Below are positions 1 through 7,403 of a stretch of 32,000 bases of DNA, one piece after another (positions within the stretch are counted from its first letter, which is position 1; each line of letters begins with the position of its first letter). The notes under the pieces were generated by a model. It was not told the DNA's origin, did no database searches, and worked only from the letters and a program-made list of their open reading frames with translations. The translations under genes were made by a program, and so were the position numbers. The DNA comes from Candidatus Poseidoniaceae archaeon (lineage in GTDB: Archaea > Thermoplasmatota > Poseidoniia > Poseidoniales > Poseidoniaceae), in NCBI GenBank assembly GCA_943789275.1, contig CALSTM010000003.1, positions 420,001 to 452,000 of the forward strand, written 5' to 3'.

Positions 1-286
1 AAAGTTTAACAGTTCCATCGTTTCGAATACTGTGGACCAGTTCCTTTGGCAGTGGTACGAGTTCCGCGGGTTTCCGCATGAATTCATCAGCCACATCCGA
101 TTCAACTTGCAATCGCATAGATCGCACGCGTGCTTCGTTCGGGTGGTGGCGTTCACCAACTATCTTTCCTACTTTCTTATCGTTCACATAAACATCTCTT
201 TGGAGTAACTCCTGGATGTCATATTTGTCGTTCGGCATTTTTCCCATCTCCTTCGCCAGTTTGTTCCGGCTTACCCCCTGCTTCAC
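1..286 (-). CDS. Partial ORF running off the left edge: hypothetical protein with a PRC-barrel-like segment and possibly an HTH-like N-terminus
   Basis: Not in the ORF track because it has no stop inside the window. My translation of the minus strand is FQ(V,GTG at 286)KQGVSRNKLAKE(M,ATG at 247)GKMPNDKYDIQELLQRDVYVNDKKVGKIVGERHHPNEARVRSMRLQVESDVADEFMRKPAELVPLPKELVHSIRNDGTVKL, continuing past position 1. The pattern DVYVNDKKVGKIVG..RVRSMRLQV..LVPLPKELVHSI..DGTVKL resembles PRC-barrel proteins as I remember them. The start is ambiguous, and the frame stays open upstream to a stop at 383-385. Confidence 0.35.
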   Translation of the reverse strand, partial: MKQGVSRNKLAKEMGKMPNDKYDIQELLQRDVYVNDKKVGKIVGERHHPNEARVRSMRLQVESDVADEFMRKPAELVPLPKELVHSIRNDGTVKL

Positions 287-337
287 TTGAAAGGTCTTAT
301 ACTCTTTGGCGTTTGAAATGCTAAATCCAATTGCATT

Positions 338-408
338 TGTCGTATAATTTATCCCCGTTTCAATTGAAAAACCGATTATTTTTCAATTTTAGTCGATGTC
401 GTATAATT
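338..408. repeat. Direct repeat TGTCGTATAATT (338-349 and 397-408) bracketing the first palindrome; each copy contains a TATA-like TATAATT
   Basis: Two identical 12-mers lie 59 bp apart. Fourteen of 15 nt match if each is extended 3 nt. Confidence 0.4.
358..369. promoter_or_regulatory. Perfect 12-bp palindrome TTTCAATTGAAA, copy 1 (candidate operator)
   Basis: Read directly from the sequence. The same palindrome recurs at 647-660, and a half-site TTTCAATT lies at 381-388. Confidence 0.3.
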
Positions 409-646
409 AATTCTTGCAATAGGAGTTCCATCTCGCCGAAGCAGTTTTTGCACATATTCTATAGATTTCCTTTTTGTGGATGTAAAGAGTACATTTGAGG
501 ATTCTTTCGAATTGAATATCCAATATTCCACCGATGAGCTAAGGCCGTAGGGGTTGCTTTTTTGATTGCGGTTCAGACAGTCGAGCCGATCATCTGCATT
601 CGAAACAGCGACTCGTTAAACTAATTTTATCAATTAGATATTCATA

Positions 647-660
647 TTTTCAATTGAAAA
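647..660. promoter_or_regulatory. Perfect 14-bp palindrome TTTTCAATTGAAAA, copy 2 (candidate operator or promoter element about 70 nt upstream of the 727 ORF)
   Basis: Read directly from the sequence. It contains the same 12-bp core as 358-369. Confidence 0.3.
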
Positions 661-726
661 ATGTAATTTTCTTGATGCTCAATGGATTTGAACATCTTGA
701 TGTAGAACTCATCTTCAGCAGAACAT

Positions 727-1587
727 ATGCGCCACGTTCCTGTCGTTCATTTGAGAGGTATTGATTCCTCTCTGGGTGACGCAATGATTGAGCGATTGCT
801 ACGTACGCATGTGCGGATTGTCGTACCACAATCTTCGGTCGACATGCTCACTGACCGGTTTTCTGCAGATCTTGAATTTGGGGAGTGTGAACTGTTTGGC
901 TCCGAACAAGTACCACTGGAAGCAGGTCACCGGCTGTTCCTTATGGGGCTGGGACCCTTCAATCTCTCAAGTGATGATGGCAAAGGGTTTGATGTCGATG
1001 GCCTTGAAATTGCTCTGGCCATACCCGGCCATCTTGGCATTGAGGCTGAACACGAATGGATTGATTCGCTCATCGAAGTGTTTGACCTTCTCCCTCGGCG
1101 GCAGGATTCAGTTTGGCAATCACCCAATTTCCGTCCATGGATGGAGCGTCTGGAATCCTCAGGTTCTGTCATGGCTGGTCAGTCGGCCGAATATTGGTGG
1201 GTAAGCGACATTGACGTGGCCGATGCTCTTGTACGAATCCTTCTGAGCAGTGAACCTTTTCCGAAGCAAATGAAAATCTCAGGTCGCCGCTCATGGTCTG
1301 AGGAGCAGACTTTGGAGGAACTCTCCTTACTTTACCATCGGACCATTGCAGGCCGTACGGGTCGCTTTAACGTCGAGCACTTGACAGCAGCACCAACTCC
1401 AACTATTGAAGTTCAATCTTTGATGGTCAGCCCTCAGCTTCCTCTTGGTGTGGAGCAGAACGCTAGAGAACGCCCGGACCTTTCTCCACTGCACGACCTT
1501 TTGTACCGCATTGATGGAGACGGTTGGCGTCCGCTTGTTCCGATTCGAACGGCGCTCATGCACGCCCTTGCCGACTATATTGATTGA
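727..1587 (+). CDS. Hypothetical protein, extended-SDR/NAD-epimerase-like fold with degenerate cofactor and catalytic motifs
   Basis: 286-aa ORF with an ATG start. The C-terminal two-thirds follows the epimerase/dehydratase pattern (WVSDIDVADALVRIL, ISGRRSWSEEQTLEEL, DGWRPLVPIRTALMHAL). The position where GxxGxxG is expected reads VVHLRGIDSSLGDAMIERLL, and I see no YxxxK. Confidence 0.45.
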   Translation: MRHVPVVHLRGIDSSLGDAMIERLLRTHVRIVVPQSSVDMLTDRFSADLEFGECELFGSEQVPLEAGHRLFLMGLGPFNLSSDDGKGFDVDGLEIALAIPGHLGIEAEHEWIDSLIEVFDLLPRRQDSVWQSPNFRPWMERLESSGSVMAGQSAEYWWVSDIDVADALVRILLSSEPFPKQMKISGRRSWSEEQTLEELSLLYHRTIAGRTGRFNVEHLTAAPTPTIEVQSLMVSPQLPLGVEQNARERPDLSPLHDLLYRIDGDGWRPLVPIRTALMHALADYID

Positions 1588-1589
1588 GT

Positions 1590-3035
1590 TCAAAGGGTTT
1601 GAACGCCACCTTCCGGAAGCATACTCAGTTGAGTAACGTTGCCGTAAAGGGTTGGTCCAGTTTGAAATGTGCCCATGATTCCAGTGTCGCCACTTGGGTT
1701 GTGGGACAGGGAAAGCCATGGCCGGCCAAAGGCGTCGATCTGCATGTCGATGAAATCTCCGAAGCCACCACAGCGCTCATATCCGCAGGTAGGGCTGGCG
1801 TTGTCAAGAGGGTCATCCGGGGCATTGAGTTGAACCGTGGTAATCAATGGAGTTTCGTTGAATGCATCGGTAATCACTGAAATGTATCCATGCCACACGC
1901 CGTCACCTTCTGTGCCAACATACCCAAACGCAACTCGGCCCGGGTCGCCAGCAATGACAACGGGGAATCCTGTCCCTTCAAGGTGGCTTGGCCCAACCAT
2001 AATGGCATCAGACCACGTATTTGCATCGTCCATAGAGTATGAAAAGTAAGGCATGTTGTCAATGCCCATCCACATGGCATAGACGTTACTTTCAGTGTCT
2101 GTATCCACTTGTGCTTCCTCGGCATTCCACGTATCGGCGGTTCCAGATTCTTCGGTAGGCAACACATGTTCGGTCCATGTGATGGCTCCATCGACCGTCT
2201 TGTACATCGAATATCCAGTGCCGTCGCATCCAATTTGTCCTCGGTAGAAATTCCCGTTGTCTGCGCCAATCAAGTGCGCTGAGAGCCCTCCGCTTTGACA
2301 ATCGACAGGGGCACCAGGAAGCTCAGGCCCCCATGTTAGTCCACCGTCTTGACTTGCAGAACAAAGCGGTGAAGGGTAGTTACCGTTGATACAGAACACC
2401 CACAATGTTTCATGGAGAATGCCTCCATAAGGTGAGGAGGCAATGGTTTGGTGGTCTTGAACAGAATATCCTGTTGCAACCGACGGGCCAACCCAAGACG
2501 CCCCTTCATCATCGGTCCATTCAACGGTCATTCCCCCGAGTGCATGCATGTCAAATTTCATAATGCGATCTGTCCATGGGTCGACGTAGACATACGGGTC
2601 GTTTGAATTGACAACAGGTGGGAAGGCGCCGTAAATGTCTTGGCAACTGAAGTCGGATAAGCTTGTCATTTCAATCATGTTGGTGCATTGGACAATTGCG
2701 GTTGAACCGCCATTTCCGTTTCCATAACTCGTGAAGTAGATGTTATCGGTTGAGGTAATTCCCATGGTTGGTTCAAAGGTTGAATATCCTGTTGCATAAT
2801 AGGTCCCTTGGCTGTAGAATGGAATGTTTGTACCTCCAAGTGCTGAGGTATTGTTCATGGCGTTCACACCACCTGGGTAATGGTACCACGTGCCGCTGCT
2901 CGTACCTTGTTCAAAATCAAAGAATCCACTTGTTTCTTCAACGGCACCTTCGGCCGCATCTGAGCCAAAACAGCCCGCCAACGGCATAAGTGCGATCAAG
3001 GCAGTCAAAAGGAAAGCAACCGGTCTTGACCTCAC
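1590..3035 (-). CDS. Exported BNR/Asp-box repeat (sialidase-like beta-propeller) lipoprotein
   Basis: 481 aa. It has a signal peptide with a lipobox-like LMPLAGC. Four Asp-box motifs are present: TDDEGASW, SQDGGLTW, TVDGAITW and SMDDANTW. The GTG start at 3035 has GAGGTGAT 5 nt upstream and overlaps the dys stop (GTGA). Confidence 0.8.
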   Translation of the reverse strand: MRSRPVAFLLTALIALMPLAGCFGSDAAEGAVEETSGFFDFEQGTSSGTWYHYPGGVNAMNNTSALGGTNIPFYSQGTYYATGYSTFEPTMGITSTDNIYFTSYGNGNGGSTAIVQCTNMIEMTSLSDFSCQDIYGAFPPVVNSNDPYVYVDPWTDRIMKFDMHALGGMTVEWTDDEGASWVGPSVATGYSVQDHQTIASSPYGGILHETLWVFCINGNYPSPLCSASQDGGLTWGPELPGAPVDCQSGGLSAHLIGADNGNFYRGQIGCDGTGYSMYKTVDGAITWTEHVLPTEESGTADTWNAEEAQVDTDTESNVYAMWMGIDNMPYFSYSMDDANTWSDAIMVGPSHLEGTGFPVVIAGDPGRVAFGYVGTEGDGVWHGYISVITDAFNETPLITTVQLNAPDDPLDNASPTCGYERCGGFGDFIDMQIDAFGRPWLSLSHNPSGDTGIMGTFQTGPTLYGNVTQLSMLPEGGVQTL

Positions 3036-4048
3036 AGTGAATCACCTCGTTGGAACAGGTCTGCACCGATGAGAGGTAACAGCACACTCGCATCTCCTTC
3101 GACGCAGATATTAGGAGCTTCTGGTCGCATTTTACCCCAAGAAATTGCTTCTCGCAGCCGTGCTCCAGATAAACTCCCATCGTGCTCAGGAGCAGTTGTA
3201 ATGTAAACAGCCGCATCGAGTCCACCGCGGTATTGGTTCCACCAAATCACGTGATGCTTTGAGATTCCACCACCGACCATTAACGCATTTGAGACTTCTA
3301 CATCCCATGTTAAATCACTCATAACTTGTTCATCAGCAAGTGTATCGATGTGGAAATCACGGTGCTTTTGTCGAAGCATGAAGAGTTGTGCTCCTATTGA
3401 ACCATCGGTAATTCCGGGAATCACGACCGGAATTTGATGCTTGTAAGCCCAATAAATCAGCGAGTCGGGAGTACCGATACGCTTGCCAAGTTCCCAAACC
3501 AAGTGTATTGAGCCAAAACCAAGCCAAGCATCAGCACCGGTTTTTCCAGTTTCCTTGAGTCGGTCTTGGTACATCTGTTCGAGAACAGGAGTGAGGACGT
3601 CTTCGATGATCTCGCCGTATGACGAATTCGGTACGATAACATTGCCAAGTCGCATAAGGGAATGCTCACCAAGTTCAATATCATCCAACTCAAAAGCACC
3701 ATGATAGTAGTGCTTGTGTGACCGAGCAATATCGTGGTCAAGCATACCGCATGTGGTTGAAACGACGTTAAAGATCTGTTGTTTAAGCGATTCAACGAAG
3801 AATCCACGGGTTCCAGTTGCACACAAGCAGGCCGGGAAAGACAGCCAATTGCACACTTTGGACGCATCCCCTCCAACGGCATCGACCTGCCTCTTCATGT
3901 CCAAGAGGATATCTCGAGCAGTAGCCAACTTCGTTGCCGTAAACCCGCCAGCATTTGCCATTTGGTCAAGTAATGATCGAGGTGTTGAGATGTCCGAAAA
4001 TGCGTAGTCGACGACGGGGACATCAAAATCATCTGGTTGAATCGCCAT
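3032..4048 (-). CDS. dys: Deoxyhypusine synthase
   Basis: 338 aa with GGFTATKLATA, RLGNVIVPNSSY, GGGISKHHVIWWN and APEHDGSLSGARLREAISWGK (the catalytic Lys lies in SWGK). Confidence 0.9.
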   Translation of the reverse strand: MAIQPDDFDVPVVDYAFSDISTPRSLLDQMANAGGFTATKLATARDILLDMKRQVDAVGGDASKVCNWLSFPACLCATGTRGFFVESLKQQIFNVVSTTCGMLDHDIARSHKHYYHGAFELDDIELGEHSLMRLGNVIVPNSSYGEIIEDVLTPVLEQMYQDRLKETGKTGADAWLGFGSIHLVWELGKRIGTPDSLIYWAYKHQIPVVIPGITDGSIGAQLFMLRQKHRDFHIDTLADEQVMSDLTWDVEVSNALMVGGGISKHHVIWWNQYRGGLDAAVYITTAPEHDGSLSGARLREAISWGKMRPEAPNICVEGDASVLLPLIGADLFQRGDSL

Positions 4049-4095
4049 GTGTTGTCCATCCCTCCCCTCTTCAAGAACTTGCCCTTACGGTCTTC

Positions 4096-4112
4096 CACAC
4101 CCGTAGGGTGTG
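4096..4112 (-). other. GC-rich hairpin CACACCC-GTA-GGGTGTG between the uvrB stop and the dys start
   Basis: 7-bp perfect stem with a 3-nt loop, 5 nt downstream of the uvrB stop. It shares the CCCGTAGGG core with 29724-29740. Confidence 0.4.
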
Positions 4113-4117
4113 CAGTT

Positions 4118-6568
4118 TCACAAGCGCTGTTCCAACTCAAACACCCGGTCTCGAAGCCTTGCAGCCTCTTCGAAATCGAGGTTTTTGGCAGCTTCTTTCA
4201 TCGCTGAGCGCAAATCGGCAAGTAAATCCTGAATTTGCGAGGGTTCAAGTCCCGAAAGCACATCATCTGGCTCATCATATGTCAATTGAACTTTTGATTT
4301 TTCAATTGAATTATGAGCCTTTATTCCGGAGGAACCATCCTGTCCATCGCCTGAAGCCCATGCGCCCGCTCCAAGGTTGAGTTTTTGAGCCCAATCGCCT
4401 TCCTTTCGTCCGCCTTTTTTGGCAATAAGCCGACGAGTGCCGTCTTTGGAGGTTGAGGTTCCGGCAATGAGGTCATCAACATCAGAGTTCATTTTAGGTA
4501 GGGCCTTTTCGATTGTTTTTGGAACGACACCGTTTGCTTCATTCGACGCCTGTTGTCGCTCTCTTCTCTCCAATGTTTGCTGGATGGATGCACGCATAGC
4601 AGGAGACATACTGTCTGCGTAGAGCAAGACATGCCCGTTGACGTTACGAGCAGCACGGCCAATAGTTTGCAATAAACTTCGTTCATTCCTCAAAAATCCT
4701 TGGCGGTCGGCATCGAAAATAGCAACCAGACTGACTTCTGGTATGTCGAGCCCCTCACGCAACAGATTGATTCCTACAATAACATCAATATGGCCTATGC
4801 GCAACGCATTGATGATTTCAGTTCGCTCAATGGTGTCGATTTCAGAGTGGAGGTAATGCGCCTTTACACCCATTTGGTTGAGGTATTGCGAGACTTCTTC
4901 TGCGAATTTAATGGTCAAGACGGTCACCAGTGTACGTTCTCCACGGTTTATTCGAATATTTATTTCAGACAATAAATCTGCTACTTGGCCGCTTGTGGGT
5001 CGTACTTCGATTTCCGGGTCAAGAAGACCGGTTGGACGGATTTCCATCTTCGCAATACCATCGATGTGCTGGACCATGTGATACAGGCTTTCACTGTCAG
5101 GATGTTTCTTGTCTCGATCTGCTTGTCCTGCGCCACCGCCAGATTTGGCATGAAGGAGCCCGTTTGGTAATGATTGGCCCGTGATTTCGCACAAGTGTCG
5201 CAATTCTCTTTCTCCTGGGGTTGCGGAGACATAGACCATTTGCGGGATGAGCTTTTGGAATTCAGGAATTTTCAAGGGTCGGTTATCGGCAGCAGTAGGC
5301 AGTCGAAACCCGTGCTCGATGAGACTTTCTTTTCGTGACCGATCACCAAAATACATTCCGCCAACTTGCGGAAGGGTGACGTGAGATTCATCCATTATCA
5401 CGAGGAACTTGTCAGGGTTGCCATGAAATTGCTTCGCACATGCAGCAAAGAAATCCAGAAGGCAGTATGGACGCTGTCCTCGTTCTCGGCCGTCGAAATG
5501 TAAGGAGTAGTTCTCCATTGATTGACAATGACCAATTTCACGTATCATTTCCAAGTCATAGCGTGTTCTCTGCTCAATGCGATGCCGTTCAAGTTCATGG
5601 CCGAGGCTTGAATAGTGGGCAATGCGATCGTCCAGTTCATCTTCAATCGAGCCTAAAGCCGCCTCATAACGCTCTGGACTGGTCATGAAAAATTCCTTCG
5701 GATGAATCCACGCCTCATCAAGCGTATCGAGGACTTCCCAGGTCACTGGGTCACAAACTTGAATTTTAGTCACGCCATCAAAGTCGAATTGGATACGCAA
5801 CGGGTCGTCTCTACTCGGCATCCACACATCGAGGACTTCGCCTCGCAATCTGCATTCACCTCTCGATAAATCCAAGGTTGTACGTTTGTATTGAAGAACG
5901 ATGAGTTCTCGAAGTAAATCGCTTGTTTCGATGTGTTGGCCGACATGTACCCGAACGTGATATTCAAGAAACGTCTCCGGTGGGTTAAGTCCGTAAATGC
6001 AGGATACTGATGAAACAATGACGCAGTCCGGGCGAGTCACGAGAGAGGCAACTGCTGCAAACCGTTCTTGCTCGATACGTTCGTTGATTGACAGCTCTTT
6101 GTCGATGTACAAGTCACGCTTTGCGAGATACGCCTCGGGCTGATAGTAGTCGTAGTGGGAGACAAAATAATCCACAGCATTTTCTGGGAAATACCCAGCC
6201 ATTTCTTGATACAGTTGCCTTGCAAGTGTCTTGTTGTGGCTGATGATGAGCGTCGGGATGTTGAGGTGCTGAATCACTTGCGCCATTGCGTACGTCTTTC
6301 CACTGCCCGTTACGCCAAGTAGAACCGACCTTTCTTGTCCATTTTCCAATTGAGAAATCAATTTTTCAATTGCTTTTGGCTGGTCTCCGGAGGGTTGAAA
6401 TTTCGAATGAAGGTTTAATCGCTTTTTATCAGGGTGAAGGTGCTCTAAAGCAGCGCCTTCCAGCGCTCGAGAAAGGTCGAATGGGTCTCGTTCAGTAAGA
6501 TCTCCAAGACCGACATCGATGTTCGCCTTTTCCTCAAAAGCCCCGTCATCGTCCCATTGTTCGACCAT
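4118..6568 (-). CDS. uvrB: Excinuclease ABC subunit B (UvrB), enlarged
   Basis: Motifs seen: FQPSGDQPKAIEKL, Walker A GVTGSGKTYAMA, VIMDESHVT, YVSATPG, RPTGLLDPEIEVRP, GINLLREGLDIPEVSLVAI, QTIGRAARN and the C-terminal UVR motif FEEAARLRDRVFELE. I prefer the ATG at 6568 (AGGTGA 4 nt upstream, no overlap). The ORF track's GTG at 6637 lies inside the SDR gene. Confidence 0.9.
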   Translation of the reverse strand: MVEQWDDDGAFEEKANIDVGLGDLTERDPFDLSRALEGAALEHLHPDKKRLNLHSKFQPSGDQPKAIEKLISQLENGQERSVLLGVTGSGKTYAMAQVIQHLNIPTLIISHNKTLARQLYQEMAGYFPENAVDYFVSHYDYYQPEAYLAKRDLYIDKELSINERIEQERFAAVASLVTRPDCVIVSSVSCIYGLNPPETFLEYHVRVHVGQHIETSDLLRELIVLQYKRTTLDLSRGECRLRGEVLDVWMPSRDDPLRIQFDFDGVTKIQVCDPVTWEVLDTLDEAWIHPKEFFMTSPERYEAALGSIEDELDDRIAHYSSLGHELERHRIEQRTRYDLEMIREIGHCQSMENYSLHFDGRERGQRPYCLLDFFAACAKQFHGNPDKFLVIMDESHVTLPQVGGMYFGDRSRKESLIEHGFRLPTAADNRPLKIPEFQKLIPQMVYVSATPGERELRHLCEITGQSLPNGLLHAKSGGGAGQADRDKKHPDSESLYHMVQHIDGIAKMEIRPTGLLDPEIEVRPTSGQVADLLSEINIRINRGERTLVTVLTIKFAEEVSQYLNQMGVKAHYLHSEIDTIERTEIINALRIGHIDVIVGINLLREGLDIPEVSLVAIFDADRQGFLRNERSLLQTIGRAARNVNGHVLLYADSMSPAMRASIQQTLERRERQQASNEANGVVPKTIEKALPKMNSDVDDLIAGTSTSKDGTRRLIAKKGGRKEGDWAQKLNLGAGAWASGDGQDGSSGIKAHNSIEKSKVQLTYDEPDDVLSGLEPSQIQDLLADLRSAMKEAAKNLDFEEAARLRDRVFELEQRL

Positions 6569-6617
6569 GACCTCACCTGTATTGTTGTTAATTGCCAAGG
6601 GGCTTTGAACTCTTACA

Positions 6618-7349
6618 TTAAGGCAGATAGAGTCCACCGTTCACGTGAAGTATGGCTCCAGTGATGTATTTCGAGTCATTACTGACCAAAAACGAGATTG
6701 TTGAAGCCATATCTTCTGGAGTCCCGATGCGTTTGAGTGGCACTTGTTCTTCCCTTTGGACACGCTTCTCTTTTGAATCGCCTGCAAGGATTGCCGTATC
6801 AACAAATCCTGGGGCCAACACGTTGACTCTTTTTCCTTCTGGGCCTACTGCTTGGGCAAGCGACCGTGCCCATGTGGACAAGGCTGCTTTCGAAGCGGAG
6901 TAATCCGCTCCGTGGGGCGAACCTCTCGTTCCAAGTTGAGACCCTACAACGACCATACGAGCATTGGATGTAAGATGGGGTTGAACGGCTTTCCATACGG
7001 CCACAGCTCCCTCGAAATTTGTGGACATGGTTTGGCGTAGAGTTTGAAGTGAGAGTTTGTCGGCAGCGACTCTTTCGTATGAACCGTGGTTGAGAATCAA
7101 GACATCGATGCCGCGAGCCATCCATGGGTGAATGCCGAGTAATCCTACTTCACCGCCATCAGCACAATCCACCTTCACGGCCAGAGCATCGTTTCCGGCT
7201 GAACGAATATCCGCTACCACCATTTCTGCAGGCTTTGACGAGGTGTTGTAGGTAAGCAACACATCATAGCCGTCTTCAGCGAGTCGTTTCGAGGTGGCAG
7301 CACCGATGCCGCGACCTCCACCGGTGATGAGCGCAACTGGACGGGACAT
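6618..7349 (-). CDS. Short-chain dehydrogenase/reductase (FabG-like oxidoreductase)
   Basis: 243 aa. Cofactor motif ITGGGRGIGAA, catalytic YSASKAAL, C-terminal ITGAILHVNGG. Confidence 0.85.
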   Translation of the reverse strand: MSRPVALITGGGRGIGAATSKRLAEDGYDVLLTYNTSSKPAEMVVADIRSAGNDALAVKVDCADGGEVGLLGIHPWMARGIDVLILNHGSYERVAADKLSLQTLRQTMSTNFEGAVAVWKAVQPHLTSNARMVVVGSQLGTRGSPHGADYSASKAALSTWARSLAQAVGPEGKRVNVLAPGFVDTAILAGDSKEKRVQREEQVPLKRIGTPEDMASTISFLVSNDSKYITGAILHVNGGLYLP

Positions 7350-7403
7350 GTCCAGCCCTGACGCCCAAACCTCATCAAACCTCCATTTGCGAGTAAACGA
7401 GAA

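Noticed and set aside
540-600. A possible C/D-box sRNA (GATGAT ... CTGA on the minus strand) or tRNA in the long spacer
   Set aside because: The C box is not the RUGAUGA consensus. No C'/D' pair or terminal stem is present, and no cloverleaf or T-loop (GTTCGAATC-like) sequence is present.
4282-4306. A tandem TCAATTGAA repeat inside uvrB, resembling the TTTCAATTGAAA spacer palindrome
   Set aside because: It lies within coding sequence (..HNSIEKSKVQLTYD..). CAATTG-containing words are common throughout this window, so the resemblance is probably compositional.
6569-6637. A GTG-initiated extension of uvrB overlapping the SDR gene by 20 nt
   Set aside because: The ATG at 6568 has an AGGTGA SD and removes the overlap. 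The extension peptide (MDSICLNVRVQSPLAINNNTGEV) has no UvrB counterpart. It remains possible as an alternative start.
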